Source: Oikopleura dioica (lineage: Eukaryota > Animalia > Chordata). Taken from it: a stretch of DNA of 64,000 nucleotides. Where the stretch lies: positions 1,674,001-1,738,000 of the forward strand of contig OU015569.1 of NCBI GenBank assembly GCA_907165135.1. The letters are read 5' to 3'. The notes below the pieces were generated by a model. That model was given only the letters and a program-made list of their open reading frames with translations. It was not told where the DNA came from and ran no database searches. The translations under genes were made by a program, and so were the position numbers. Shown here piece by piece: positions 24,788 to 38,166 of this stretch; positions within the stretch are counted from its first letter, which is position 1, and the number at the start of each line of letters is the position of its first letter.

Positions 24788-27700
24788 GATGAACTCTCAT
24801 CTTCAGAAGCTCTCAGAGAATCTAAATATGCTTGAATCGATGATGGAGGAAGTTTGGTCCTCTACGGAGTCTTTCGATTTCACAGGTGAGAAAATCGCAT
24901 TCAGTGAAGCTTTTTTTATGTTTATTTTTTTTTGCTCTCCATTGATGTGTCGAGAAATGTCGGATAATTTAACCAGTGGCGAATTAATGAGGATAATTTT
25001 AGAGACCGGTCAAGTGGAACAGCTGATGTTCCTCCCTCACGACGTTGTCAGTTTCGTCGACGGTAATTGATTAAAAATGAAAAACGACTTGATTGTATTT
25101 TGGATTTCAGAAGACGGAACAATCATTCGCGGTGTGGTCAAGAACACAGACTATTTGGGCGATGACCTTGGCCTCAGCTTCAAGGAGAAGATTGCGAAGC
25201 TCAAACATAAATATGTCGATAACAACGCTGAGACTTTCACAGTATCCACCTTTCCGTCGAAAAAGGTCGTCCATAAACAAGGCGAAGAGCTTAAGCTGCT
25301 CCATCGACCATTCATTTTGGGCGACGTTGTCAGACGAGACAAGAGTGATGAGATCGGAACAGTTGTTGCGATCGAGTTTGAAAGTGACGTCAGAGTCCCA
25401 GGTACAAACTTGGAATTGGAGAAGATCTCTTCAAAAAGGTTTGAAGTTAATAATGAATATCAATTCTTATTATTTGTTCAGACTTTTTTCCTGTGCTCCG
25501 ACCTTTCCTGGGCAGAAGGTGGCTCTCAACGGCTGGATCGGCGAAATAACAAAGTACAAGAGTAAAACAGGAAGCATGGCGGAAACCGGTTCATTTTCTT
25601 CGAGCGACGAGGTCGAAGTCAACTGGGTCGCCTGCGGAAAGAATGAGCCGTCCCCAAAACCGAACAGCAAAGTTGACTCTTCTGAACTATCGCAGCTGCA
25701 AGCGCCTTGGAACCAGGAGAATATTGCCTACAAGAATTCTGGCACTACCTCCAAGATTTGGGGTGTTAGACTCGGGGACCGCTTTAGAATCAAGCTTGCA
25801 GAAGAAGAAGCACAGCGTCTCAACATCCTGATGAAAAGTCAAGAAGTCAACCCTTCGAAAGTCGTTGACCTTGCGAAACCCAATTATTCGAAGGATGCAA
25901 AGAAGATTTCCTCGGATGATTTTCTGGAAAAGCTGGCAAAGATCGCCAACGATGACGAGAACCAAAACTGGGTATGCCTCCGCTTTCCCAACTTCACGGT
26001 GATAACTTACAAAGGCAATTCGTCGACTTGGTACAACGACTTGGATCCAGAAGATCCCGACCCAAAAAAGATCAGCAGCTTGTTCGAGGCTATTTTCAAG
26101 AATGAAAAGGTAGACAAGGAGGGGATGAAGGAGAAAGTAAACCGAGCTTACGAAGAAATCGAAAAGCTACTTGGGGAAAAACTTTCACTTGACAGCATGA
26201 ATATCCAATTTAATGAATTCACATGGCCAATGCCGGAAGGGAAGACGAGAAAGAATTACGAATTCGACCTGGGATATCAATCAGGCGTGGAAAACTCAGC
26301 CAATTTTGAATTCAAAGATGAGAAGTGGATTGCCGTCGAGATCACTTCTTGCACGTCGACTTGTAAGGTGGTATGGCAATCGGGTGAAATCGAAGACTGC
26401 AATTCTACTGAACTCTCGAAATACCCCTCTCTTATAATTTCGCAGAAGTTCCTTCCAGGCAAGTTTTATTAAAGCGAAGTACTTATTGATGGTTGAATAA
26501 TAGGCAATTATGTTGCTCGTAAAAAACAGGAAAATCTCGCCGAATGGGGTAGCATCTTTTCCGTCGATTTCACTAAGAAGCAAATGGTTGTCCAATGGTA
26601 CATCGACGAAACAACTAAAGAACGAGAAACAGTCTCTTTCAACGACACGAATGCTCATCCAGATCTCAAATTTCCCCTCGGAAGCCTCGTTGTAAACAAG
26701 AGTCAATCACAGATCAACTGTCCGGGCGTCGGAATGGTAAAAGGCTACCTACCTTGCGGAAAACTCGAGATAATGTGGGCCGATAGGACCTGAGTTATAA
26801 TTCTAACAGATCTCAAGAACAATAAGTAAGACAGCTGAGCAAAAAATTATAACTCTGAGCAGAACAGAGTCTCCCGTTTTTCCAACTCAACTCATCCCCG
26901 AAAGTCTGCTCTTCCCAAAAGAAGACTTTTCATGGTCCATGCCATGGACCATGGGAAGTGGAGCAGGCTATGGAATGTCCGAAGAAGACGGATCAAAAAC
27001 AACCGAGGAGAAGATTTCCGAGATTACAGAGCCTGTTATTGATGAGGTGCCTATTGCCGATCTTGGCCAAGGAACGGGCTCATCAGCAACTGCTATTTTG
27101 AAAAAAAAATAGCTCGTTAGTCCGTCAAAAGTTCATTTTCTTGAAGATCCCAGTCCAAGTCACGCTTTCTTCAATTCCAAAAATGATCACTCAAAGGCTA
27201 GGTTCATATAATTTCCACCCTTCATTTGATGTATCGTTATGAAGGAAAAAAGAATAACCGAACAAAAAGTCATTTTTAAAGATTTACAACTCTGAAATCA
27301 GCAGACTTCAAACGTCGATCCCTAAAGGTGTTCACTTGTGGGCATATGAAAGTCGCCTCGATTTACTTTCATTCGCCATCGAAGGTATCCGAAATTCCAT
27401 TTCAATTCTTCGAGAGCATTTTTGTTAAGGGCCAGCAGGGACTCCTTACGAACACTGCCTCTTCTGCTTCGACGTTTGCCTTCCAGATGGATACCCGCTC
27501 ACCTCCCCGCCGAAAGTCCGCTACAGATCAACGCTAAATACAAGGTTTTCCTCTTTCTCTTTATTAGAAGCTCACGCATTTTTTCAGAATCAATCCAAAT
27601 CTATACGCCGACGGTAAGGTCTGCCTATCCCTCCTTGGAACTTGGGCGGGTAATGGGTGCGAGAAGTGGAAATACAATTCGAATCTTTTGCAATTGCTAG

Positions 27701-28234
27701 TCTCGCTTCAAGGTAAACGAATCAGAGGCATTTGCGAATTATCATTCCTACTAAGGGCTCACACTGAATGCCGAGCCGTATTTCAACGAGCCTGTCCACG
27801 AGCTTACAAAAAATAAAATATCTGGCGAAAAAGGCTCAAAGATATACAATCAGGGTATCACGAAAACACTCTGCGATCACGTGATCACGACAATCAGGTA
27901 AAGAACATCCACAACTACAGTATTTCTAACAACGTCCGTCGCAGAAATCCAGGACAGCCATTCGAAGAGCTCGTGAAGGAGTTCTACTTTGGATCGAAGC
28001 CGTCCGAGAAAAAAGGAGTCATTGACAAGTTCATCGAAAAGATGGAAAAGCTGACTACAGAAAACCCAGGCGATTTAGCTTATCCACTCTTGCCCATCTC
28101 AGACGACTCAAAATCTTTTCTGTCAGGTCAGAAGCTCATTCTATATTTTATTCTATAACCATTTACTAGCAAAAGTCAAAACGCTGAAGAAAATCAAGTC
28201 CGAAAATGATGAGAATGTCACATCTTCTGCCTAG
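24788..28234 (+). CDS. UBE2O: UBE2O-like E2/E3 hybrid ubiquitin-conjugating enzyme, copy 1 (two in-frame stops need non-canonical introns)
   Basis: UBC domain [15 protein letters not shown]...[19 protein letters not shown] and N-terminal conserved blocks. TGA at 26791 and TAG at 27110. Confidence 0.88.
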
Positions 28235-28499
28235 AAGTTCATCACTGTACATTATTTTTCGGCTGCCTCTTCGCTCTCCTCCTTGCTATCAAAAAAACTG
28301 GCTGCAAATGACCTTGGCTACTTGAGTCTGCGTTGATTTATGAATGTTGATATGTATAAATTTTGGCGCCTGTACAATTTTCGATGCAACAGCGATGACA
28401 TAGTATCAGTTGGCCGCTTTTTCATAAATATTTTATTTGAATGAAAGAAAGAAAGAATATTAGAAGATTTAATTTTATTATTCTAAAAAGAGCGAGGTA

Positions 28500-30363
28500 A
28501 TGGTTCTGTCAAAGAATATCAAGGCGTTTTTGGCAAGAGGGGTCACGTGACCAGGGTCGACTTTGTTGACCGTATTTGTCTTTTGCTGATTTGGTCAAAG
28601 TTGTTTGAATGAAACGTTGTTGTGCGGGCTGCTACTCCGCGACGAGAGCCGTTCCGCGGAAGGAAACACTCTTCTCTGGTCGATGGCGTCTTCCAGCCGC
28701 AGTTCTGAGAGAGGAGTTCCCAGGTCGCCGCAAGGGAGTGTTCTCGCCCTTTTGAGCACCACTCGGCCGCGCGGGCGGTGCCACCAGTTGCGTCGAGTCA
28801 GACTCTGACTCGGCAGTGCCCGAATTCTTGCCGCTGCCGAAGGAGTTTGTCCGGCTCATTCGGTCAGCCTGCGCAAAGTTAGAATATCCAACGCGGGTGT
28901 TCAACGGCACCAGCGATGGCTCCGGTCCTTGTTCTGAAGAAAACAATTATTAGCAACTTCTCAGTGATATTTTCCAGAATTGAATTTTGAAGAATTGCCT
29001 TACCGAGAAAAACACTATCGGCGTAGTTGTTGTTGGTGGTGTCGAGGGGTTGAGAGTTGTTGGCGGCGGGTAACGAGTAAGTGGCGCGGTGGGGAATGTT
29101 GGCACTTGTATTATCGATTTCTACAGAGTTGCTCTGGGCGTGCTCTTCCTGCGACACTCGGATAAAGTAGCGAGAGTGGAAGATCACCAAGCGTCCGCAT
29201 AGATACACATTGTAGAGGCTCATCAGCGCAAGGAAACCCTTAGTCTGGATCAGCGCGTGCTCAGTTTATCTACTTCTTCTTTCTTAATTGAATCGAGAAG
29301 ATATGCCACGCGAACCCGATTTGGCATACGATAATGCTTATTTATCCCCTTTTCTCGTGGTAGAAATTGAAAACAGAAAAGTTCTCTTTGTTGATATCAA
29401 GACGCGATTTCTGATCCTCATTCCTGACAAGCGCATTCAATAAATAAACAGCTGCGCAGTATTGAAATTTCATTCGTCAAGAGCTCTATCCCCAGATATT
29501 CCAGCGTCGTATCTGACATTCCTCCCTTTGTTTGGCTGTTTTCAGCTCTGTTCGAGTAGAGTATTGACAGATAAGCACCAAAACTCGACGAGCCAGTGCA
29601 AATTAACGACTAAAATATGGTTTAAAAAAGGGATGACAAAGTGCTTTCTTACGAGTAAGCAGGAGGTGCCGTATGCCCATTTGGAATTGACGCAAGCGCC
29701 CTTCCTGGGTTTTTCAAAGTACTCATTTTTATAACAAGTCTTCCTAAACCGTGGAGTTGATCTAACCCGAACCTGACCAGATTCTGAGTGGGCAGAGATC
29801 GCGAATAGCGACGCTATCACTGCAAAACATGAACAAATCATCCCATGTCCGAATGGACCGTAGGTGTCTTCTGAAAAAATGGTTCAAAAAGGGTTAAACT
29901 CATAATCAAGACTATTTATATAAAGAAGATTGAATCTGATTTTGAATTTTTAATTCTCGTTTTAAATTTTCCGAGAATATGATTTAGGTCAATTTGTTTC
30001 TCTTTTTTCTATTAATTTTTCATCGTTTTTTGAACCCTTTGCAAAACATGATCTCGTGATGTGATTCATGCTTATTTTGTTTTCTGTTCTAAAGGCGGAG
30101 CCTTTTTTCTTCACATCGATTTCATAATCGGACGATTGCTTGCAGAATTCACTGTAACTGAGGGCGAGAATGATGATGTCCAACAGCCAGATCAATACGC
30201 ACAGTACTGTTGAGGTGACGGCAACTCGTGACACTCCATTGATACTTTTGCAAGGGTCACTCTTTTCGTCCGCCTTTGCTTTTAATTTTCTAATTGTGTT
30301 AGTAATTAGAGCGCGTGTAGCTAATCTATCAATTGAATGTTGGAACAGAGCTGTCCCGGGCAA
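28500..30363 (-). CDS. Multi-pass membrane protein with a low-complexity C-terminal tail
   Basis: Hydrophobic segments VAVTSTVLCVLIWLLDIIILAL, GMICSCFAVIASLFAISA and WAYGTSCLL|SLICTGSSSFGAYLSILY in successive exons. Ends uncertain. Confidence 0.5.
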
Positions 30364-30804
30364 TTAATTAGCTCCATATGCGTAAACCTTGAGCCAGAGG
30401 TCATCGTTTATCCCCTCATTTCGCAACTGTACTGTATTGATAATGCATAAGTAGAAACGGTTATGAGCGGCGCCGGCTCTGTTCCAATTATTCGCGCATT
30501 ACTGTAAATTGCACTCGAACACGTGGACTTATCGAAAATCTAGATAACCGGCGTGAAGGAAGAAATCTCTGAAATCTCCGGGTTGCATGTGATTTAGAAG
30601 GGATCAACCGGGATTTTCACCTACTTTCATTGCATTATCCTATTACAAATACTATCGCCCCGCTAATCTCAATGAAACAGAAGAGCCCAAACCGCTTAAA
30701 AAAATAAATATTTTCCCAATTTTGATGAACTTGTTAGTCTGAATCTAGGATAGAAAGCCGCAGTCAGTATTTTAAGAGCTTTTTATTAAGGACCCCCCTC
30801 CCCC

Positions 30805-31021
30805 CTGGGCTCGGCAACCTGTGTAGAAAGCCTGAGTCAGGGTCTGAAAAAGCTGAAATTAAAAGCCGCGCAGCGGCTTTTTAAAAAACTAAGCCGCGAA
30901 GCGGCTTCGCTAATACTACCATTACAATCTATCAAAAATTTTGGCAAAGCCGCTTTGCGGCTTTTAATTTCAGCTCTTTCAGGCCCTGACTCAGGCTTTC
31001 TACACAGGTTGCCGAGCCCAG
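30805..31021. mobile_element. hAT-like CTGGG MITE, copy 2
   Basis: TIR CTGGGCTCGGCAACCTG, 8-bp TSD CCTCCCCC. Confidence 0.92.
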
Positions 31022-32801
31022 CCTCCCCCGTCAAGTTTGACGATTTTCGGGAATCAATTCTTCAAAAATCGTCAAGAAAAATTTCAAAAATCTTAAGGGG
31101 ATCAACCCGATATCCTTCTTTGAAAAAGTCGCTAGGAGAGAATTACGAACCTGACTCTAGTTAGGCATTTTAAGGATAGATCGGTCTTTAATTAGTAAGG
31201 AAAAAGGCATAATTACAGTAACAACAACTCTTTCCCACGTCGTAATAATAATTTGAAGGCGAAAGTTGAGTCGAGAATGCATGTATTTTTGCGAAAAACG
31301 ATGCAGCTCAGCAGCATCAAGCACGAATTTGGAATTGTGACACTATGACACGATGAAATAGTATAAATGCCAAGTCAATGACGAACCAATTAAAAATTAA
31401 TTAAAAACGAAATTATTAATTTTGCTTCAAAAGACAAATTATATTTCGGCTTGGGAACGTATTTTACTATTATCCACTGTCTGGCGAAAAAAAAGGTTGA
31501 AAAAGTTCACTCAAGTTATCGCCGAGTAAGATGACGGACAGTAACTTCAGTCTTCAGTTTCTGATCATTACAGAAAAAAAAAGTACGAATAATTGATATT
31601 TCTGCTGTCATAAAATGACTCGCAACACGTGACACGTGTGTCTGTTTGGGAGGTGTTGCATTTGGCCAGGAATATAAATAAGAACTTACGTAGATTTATA
31701 AGAACCATATTATGGGGCTTGGTGAACGGGGCGATTTTGAGCTAAATTATGAATGAGCAGCCGGCTTTTGCAAAGCTCGGATAGCCGATAATTAGAGCTT
31801 TTAACCTAAACTTATTAATTCTGAAGTCGGAATATTGATCTCAGTCGAGATTTTAATGCAATCAACCGACACGCCAGCCCAGCTGGTATCCTCCAAAAAA
31901 AGCCCAGACACATTCGAAACTGAACTTCAAAGATGGCAATATTCAATATCAAAAATACTACATAGCTAACTGTATTTTTTAAGGCATTTCGACCCGAAAG
32001 CCGGGTTGGATCCATCTTGTTGGGTTTCTGGGCTTATTGGCATATGATTGGCTTACATCAGCCATACAGGCTTTTGATTGGCTAAAACCCCAGGAGCATC
32101 CCCATCCCCCATAAAACCTTAAAGAACTACCCTCAACCCCACGTTGCTAAGAGCCCATTCCAGCTACTGTAATTACTGTTTCAGTTGCGGTCTAATAAGT
32201 GTTCCCTTTCCTCATGTCATAATTTCCGCCTCTGGAGGTAGTTACTGGATCTGTTCATAATTTTTCGTAAAGCAGCTTTTTCAGTCTTTTTGTTTCTTCT
32301 TTGCTACTGAGTTCTTTTCTGGAGTCTCTCTTTCTGGCTTTGGCACTCTCTGGACTTTCGCCTTGGTTTTGCAAAGGGTTTTTTTTGGGGTAAGAAGGAA
32401 GAAGTGAGCTATAGTGAGCCGCCAGGACTGAGATAAGCTTCTATCTGATTCGCGTCGCCGTAAAAATAAGCGGCGGAGGGCGCGCAACGCGCTGAAGAGA
32501 AAGGGCGCCCGAGGGGCTCCGCATGGAACTTCTCCATCTCTCCCTTTATCTGTACGGGAGTATACGAGCATATGTGTAGACCGTCTTCTACTTCCGAAAA
32601 TCATTGGAAACGGTCGATCGAGCGCAGCAAATTCCGAAGCTGGCGCTGGTTGAACCCAGAAATTTATTCTAATTTTAGAACTCGCGCTTTTTTAAAGAAC
32701 TTGTTTGTTTCGCAAATCTAAAAATTATTCAACAATTTTCTCTAAAGACTAATCTTCAATGAAGAGCTAAGATGTTCTAACTTGATCTTTTCGTGATCAC
32801 T

Positions 32802-33047
32802 TTAAGGGGGTGGTGGTCGAGAATTAGGATTCTTTCAACCTAAAAAACTCAATTTTTTTCAAAAAAATTTTTCTTGTTCTCAATCTAAATAAGTTTAAAA
32901 GGGTTCAAATTGTGTGGGTGGTTTGGTTTTAGAAAAAATTTTCAAGGGAAAAATGACGAAATCGAGCGTCAAAGTCGACCTAAAATCGCGTTTTTAGTTA
33001 TTTTTCAGTCGACATTTTCCGACATTTTCCGACCACCACCCCCTTAA
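32802..33047. mobile_element. TTAA-flanked MITE with GG...CC termini
   Basis: TIR GGGGGTGGTGGTCG, TTAA on both sides. Confidence 0.88.
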
Positions 33048-33800
33048 GGGTGTCACTATGTTAAATCTTTGGAAAAAACCAGCTCATTGAAGCCACGGTA
33101 AATCATTTTTAAGAAATCGGATGGATATATAATAGGAGCTAATTTGTCACATTGAAAAGGCAAAACAGTAATAGATGGGCACTCGAAGGGACATATTGGC
33201 ACTCCGAGGGAGGTTTTTGTCTCAAGTTGGATTAATTGGAGCGGCTCTTTGTGTTGCCACTGCTCAAGAAAAAAAAACACAACGCAAAAAGAAAATTTCG
33301 CGCTCTTGAAGTAAACGCTTTTGAAAAAGGTTAATTCCATCTCTCCCAGTTCCGAGCCCAATTTACTATAAACGGATTACACAGCCACTTCCTTAAAGTA
33401 CTATCTAACGCGTTCAAAAACGAGGCGAAATGTGATTTCTTCAAAGCTCAAGGAACATATAGAATTGGCACTGGGAATTGTCACTGAGGCGGAAAGAAAA
33501 CGCGTCCGTCAAAAAGTGAGCCGAGCCGTACTTAAATCTAGTACCTGTCATGATTGTTTTCGAATCTTGGTGGTGCTTTCCGGCAGTCAGAAGATCGCGC
33601 CGGCAATTTTTCCGTCTTCGCCAATTTTAAAAAAGAATTTCAGATTGAGAAATAATTCGAATGATCTGATTTTAAGGGAGTAGACCGCGTAAAATTAATT
33701 TTTATAGTTTGATACATCAAGCTACGCTAGAACTAAAGTTGAAATAAAAATAAGGGTGTCACTACGTTTTCTTACGGAAAACTCTTTGTGAACATCGGGA

Positions 33801-34145
33801 CTGGGCTCGGCAACCTGTGTAAAAAACTTGAGTCAGGGTTCTAAAAGAGTAAAATGAAAAGCCGCGTAGCGGCTTTTTTTCAAACGAAGCCGCAAAGCGG
33901 CTTCGCCAAAGTTACAAACTCAATGAATTATTTATTTAGTTAAAATAAATATTTAGTTATACCTATATATATATATTATAGGTATATATATTATATATAT
34001 ATTATTTAGTTAAAATAATTCATTGAGTTTGTAACTTTGGCGAAGCCGCTTTGCGGCTTCGTTTTCAAAAAAAGCCGCTACTCTTAAAGCCGCTTACTCT
34101 TTTAGAACCCTGACTCAGGTTTTTTACTCAGGTTGCCGAGCCCAG
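33801..34145. mobile_element. hAT-like CTGGG MITE, copy 3 (AT-rich centre)
   Basis: Near-perfect foldback, 8-bp TSD CATCGGGA. Confidence 0.93.
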
Positions 34146-34546
34146 CATCGGGATATACCCTTAAGTTTTTGAAGGAATAGTTTTAACAGGATTAAAATGA
34201 AAATATGGAGAAGACAATAAAAGTGTCTTCTTTGGGTAGACTAATCCTGTTTAGGGTTGGCTATCTGCTAACCTCAAAAATTGGTTCAGATTCTTTTCGA
34301 CGAGTAATATTTAAACTGTAAATAACAGTTAGCCAAGGCCTGGGTCAGAGCAACAACCGCAACGCAGCCTGGCAGAATAAGGGATAAGTCCACGATCCCA
34401 ATTTAAGGAGGCGCATTACGTTTTAGAGCTCAGATCAGGCTCAGATGATCCAACCGCGCTCAGCCGCACTCAAGGCGAACATCAAAGGACGCCGCTTCCG
34501 GCAGCACGATTTTCGTGGGTTTAACTCGCGCCCGGAAAATGATCTG

Positions 34547-34775
34547 TTAATCGAAAGCTCTTGTAAATCAGCGAAAGTTTAAATGAGCGTAATCAAAGCC
34601 AGAAAATCGTGATTTTGCTTTACCGAGATTTTGCTTGATAAAATAAGGGTATCACTTCGAAAGCGAAAAGGCTCGATTAATCGAAAGCTGTTGTAAATCA
34701 GCGGAAGATGCTCGTTTTAATAAGGGTAATCGAATCCAGAAAATCGCGCTTTTGACTTAGGGAGATTTGTACTGC
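34547..34775 (+). repeat. Diverged tandem duplication, period ~130 bp
   Basis: TTAATCGAAAGCT(C/G)TTGTAAATCAGCG at 34547 and 34677, each followed by CCAGAAAATCG. Confidence 0.7.
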
Positions 34776-35721
34776 TCGCCCGAGACCGGCCACTTTTGAC
34801 AGTATAACGAGCAGCTAAGCCCTGGGCCGAATTTAAAGACACATTGCTGACACATAAGCCGCGCCAAGACCGGATTACTTGTAAACGCATGGAAACGAGT
34901 ATCCCCTTCTCTTTGTCGAAGAATATGTTATTCTAAAAAATAACCTTGAAAACGGGCGGCTGGATCAATCAATGAAGAAAAAGCCTTTTCTTCATTATTA
35001 CTAGATACAGTAAGCTTCTAAGCAGGGTGAAGCGCGGTCCTCAGACTTCAGAGCGCAAATTTTGAGAATAATTATGATGGGGACGGGCGCGAAATTTAAT
35101 TTCAGAGAGCAAATTAAAAACGCCACATTTGAGGTTTTTGTGACAAGACAATCGAACATTTTTTGGGGAAAAGGGGATGAATTTAATCAATCGATTTTAC
35201 GCCGCGCGGACAGGCGCCAATCTGAGCTGGAACCTGCTCAAGAAAACTAACGAAAAGCTAGGCACCTAAAAGGCAAATCCCACTAATGAGCCCGCAAGAG
35301 CATTCTAGTCCTATTCCGCGTTTGTCTGACTAAGACTATTTCCACCCACTTACAGGAGCGAAGCTTAGGGTTACAGTCTTCCTTTTGACTTTGCGAGGGA
35401 TGTTATTATGCCTGAAAACTGCTTGAAAAAGGATTTTACGATGCGAAACTCCTGCGTTTAAGTCTTGTGTGATTTGGATTTGGATTAACTATGAATTAAG
35501 CAAAAATTTGAATTAAGCGATAAGGGACTCAGAAAAGCAGCCGATCCGCTTTCAAGCTCACCTGTGCGATTAGGGTGAGCTTAAATTTAGCCGAGACGAC
35601 AAACGGTATAAACAAACTCTATAAACAAAACATCGAAAGCCGACTTGAAACATTTTTTATCGTAATTCCTTTTGAATCTATTTCCTATCGTGTTTTCAGT
35701 TTTTTGGCAAATTGAACAAGT

Positions 35722-36032
35722 CAAAGTTGCAAATTTTGATTAATTTTTCTGAGCTGAGCTGGCCTTTTTCAGAGGTCATTGAGCTGAGCTGAGCAGACTT
35801 TTTTTTAAGGTAGTTGAGCTGAGCTGAGCGGACCCTAATTAGAGCTGAGCTGAGCTGAGCTGTTTTTTACTGTTTTTTGGTAGTAAAATTGTATTCAAAT
35901 CATTGAGCTGAGCTGAGTTGAGCTAGGTGACAATTGTCTGAGCTGAGCTGAGCTGAGCAGAGCAGATCAGATCATTTTCCAAAATCACTGAGCTGAGCTC
36001 AGCTCACTAAGCTCAGCAAATTTGCAACTCTG
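35722..36032. mobile_element. (GCTGA)n MITE
   Basis: TIRs CA(A/G)AGTTGCAAATTT, near-TSD GAACAAGT/CAACAAGT. Confidence 0.88.
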
Positions 36033-36611
36033 CAACAAGTAGTAATCGTTCTTCTCGAGTCATTCATTTTACTGTTTCAAATCGAACTTTTCGATCTTTT
36101 TTGTTGATTTTAATACAACTCTATATTTAACTAGCTATTTTTCGTAATCAATTGCTTATACCACAGCTTTGAAGCCAATTTAATAGACACTTGACGGCTG
36201 GGCCAGCCGAGCTGTGGTAGGATTAAGACAGCGGAAGCGGATATTACTACCTTTCTTTCACTTTTTCGAAAATGTTGTTTTGTCAACTGAGCTGAAGTGA
36301 GCGTGCGAAAACTCATTTCGCAATTTAAGTTTCTGAAAAGCGGCTCGGTTTTGTTGTGACCAAAAATCAACTTCTTTCATGCTTCTTTATTTAGTGAAAC
36401 ATCCAATTGCAACGAGATGCAAACCTGGAGCGCTCCAGCTGCTTTTTCAGACAAGCGGAAACCATTTCCGTCAATTTCGCGTTCATTTTCAACCGTTCAA
36501 GAAAACCGCACTGGACCGCCGATTCTTATTTTTTTTACTGTCAGTAAGTATACCTTTTTCTTTTATTTTGACCCTGGCGAGAAAAATGTGCTCCCTAACC
36601 CTAACCGTACT

Positions 36612-37009
36612 CAGAGTTGCAAATTTGTTGAGCTGAGTGAGCTGAGCAGTCGCTCAGCTCAGTGATTTTCGAAAATGATCTGATTTGCTCAGCTCAGCTC
36701 AGTTTAGACAATTATCACTCAGCTCAGCTCTGCTCAGCTCAATAATTTTCGAACATGATCAGTTCTGCTCAGCTCAGCTCAGACAAGTATCACTCAGCTC
36801 AGCTCAGCTCAGCTCAATGATTTTAACACAATTCTACTACTAAAAATAGAGTAATTAACAGATCAGATCAGCTCACCCAGCTCAGCTCAGCTCTAATTAG
36901 GGTCTACTCAGCTCAGCTCAGCTCAATGACCTCTGAAAAAGGGCAGCTCAGCTCATTGAGCTGCGAAATAGGCCAGCTCAGCAAAAATAAACCAAAATTT
37001 GCAACTCTG
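36612..37009. mobile_element. (GCTGA)n MITE, opposite orientation
   Basis: TIRs, near-TSD ACCGTACT/ACCGTATT. Confidence 0.9.
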
Positions 37010-37397
37010 ACCGTATTCACGATTTAGGAGCTTGATTTTCTAGTAGAAGCAACCGATTTTCATCCTTATCTTTTAATTAGCGATAATTTACTTTTGATTT
37101 TATCACTCGATTTCGTAAACAAGAAGAAAAAAGTTTGATAAGTAAATTAAAGCGTGGAGAATGAGAAAGGAAGGCGCCCTCTGTTTGAGGTTGTGACAGA
37201 GGAAAATCAAAATCGTTTAGACGGAACTGTCAAAGCTTCTCTGAACGTTTATTTTTCACTTCGAAAAACGATGTTGTTGCGCGATCATCACACTAGAAGG
37301 ATAAAGACAAACTTCGAAACAGAAAAAAACCAAATTCGATAATAAACAACCTCGCATTCCGATACATACAGATTTATGTAGATTTATAGAGCCACAG

Positions 37398-37740
37398 TAG
37401 AGTTGCAAATTTTTTTTTTTCAAATCTGCCAAATTTTTTTTTATTTTGGCTGAGCTGACCTGCGTGAAAAATGCTCTGAGCTGAGCTGAGCTGGCCTATT
37501 TCGGAGCTCGTTGAGCTGAGCTGCCCTTTTTCAGAGGTCATTGAGCTGAGCTGAGCAGACCTTTTTTTAGGTAGTTGAGCTGAGCTGAGCCGGGTGAGCT
37601 GAACTGAGCTGTTTTTTACTGTATTTTTAGTAGTAAAATTGTGTTTAAATCATTGAGCCGAGCTGAGCTGAGTGATAATTGTCTGAGCTGAGCTGAGCAG
37701 AACAGATCATGTTCGAAAATAATTGAGCTGAGCTGAGCTG
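37398..37740. mobile_element. (GCTGA)n MITE, right end truncated
   Basis: Left TIR TAGAGTTGCAAATTT and the family internal sequence; right TIR absent. Confidence 0.8.
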
Positions 37741-38166
37741 GCCATAGTAGAGTGAACATACAGTCACTGGCGAAATAATCAACCAAGTGAGAGTGAGACG
37801 AAGTTTTCGACTTGAACTAATCACGCAAATTAGCGAGATTGGACACACAGGAACACTTCAAGTGGCTCCGAGTCCGTTAGAGTGAGATTGGATTTTTCCT
37901 TCTCGGGATTGAAATTTAGGAAACAACGAAAAGAAACAACTTTTGTTTGAAAATTAGGTTTTCGGATATTCGATAAGGCAAGTTGTTGTAAGCTGATTAG
38001 GATGAGTCGGGATGTGTATCTAATCTTGTAAAAAATATCGACGAAAAAGCGCCACTTCTTTTATATAATTTTGTATGCACGTTCCGCGAGTGTTATTTGA
38101 TTTTTCCCAAAACATAACATAGTTTTCTCAACTACTGAAACCTTTGAATCTAATTTATTTGAAATA

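Noticed and set aside
33572-33590. 16-mer TTTCCGGCAGTCAGAA shared with ~63286-63301 (minus strand)
   Set aside because: About one such match is expected by chance in 64 kb on two strands.
32281-33683. ORFs 32281-32604, 33056-33361 and 33432-33683 as transposase or Fanzor/TnpB remnants
   Set aside because: No DDE, RuvC or zinc-ribbon motif pattern; short and non-ATG.
34421-34431. GTTTTAGAGCT matching the start of the SpCas9 repeat/sgRNA scaffold
   Set aside because: Single 11-nt match with no continuation, array or nuclease ORF; expected by chance.
36379-37900. Possible plus-strand gene broken by MITEs
   Set aside because: Open fragments could not be joined into a credible model.
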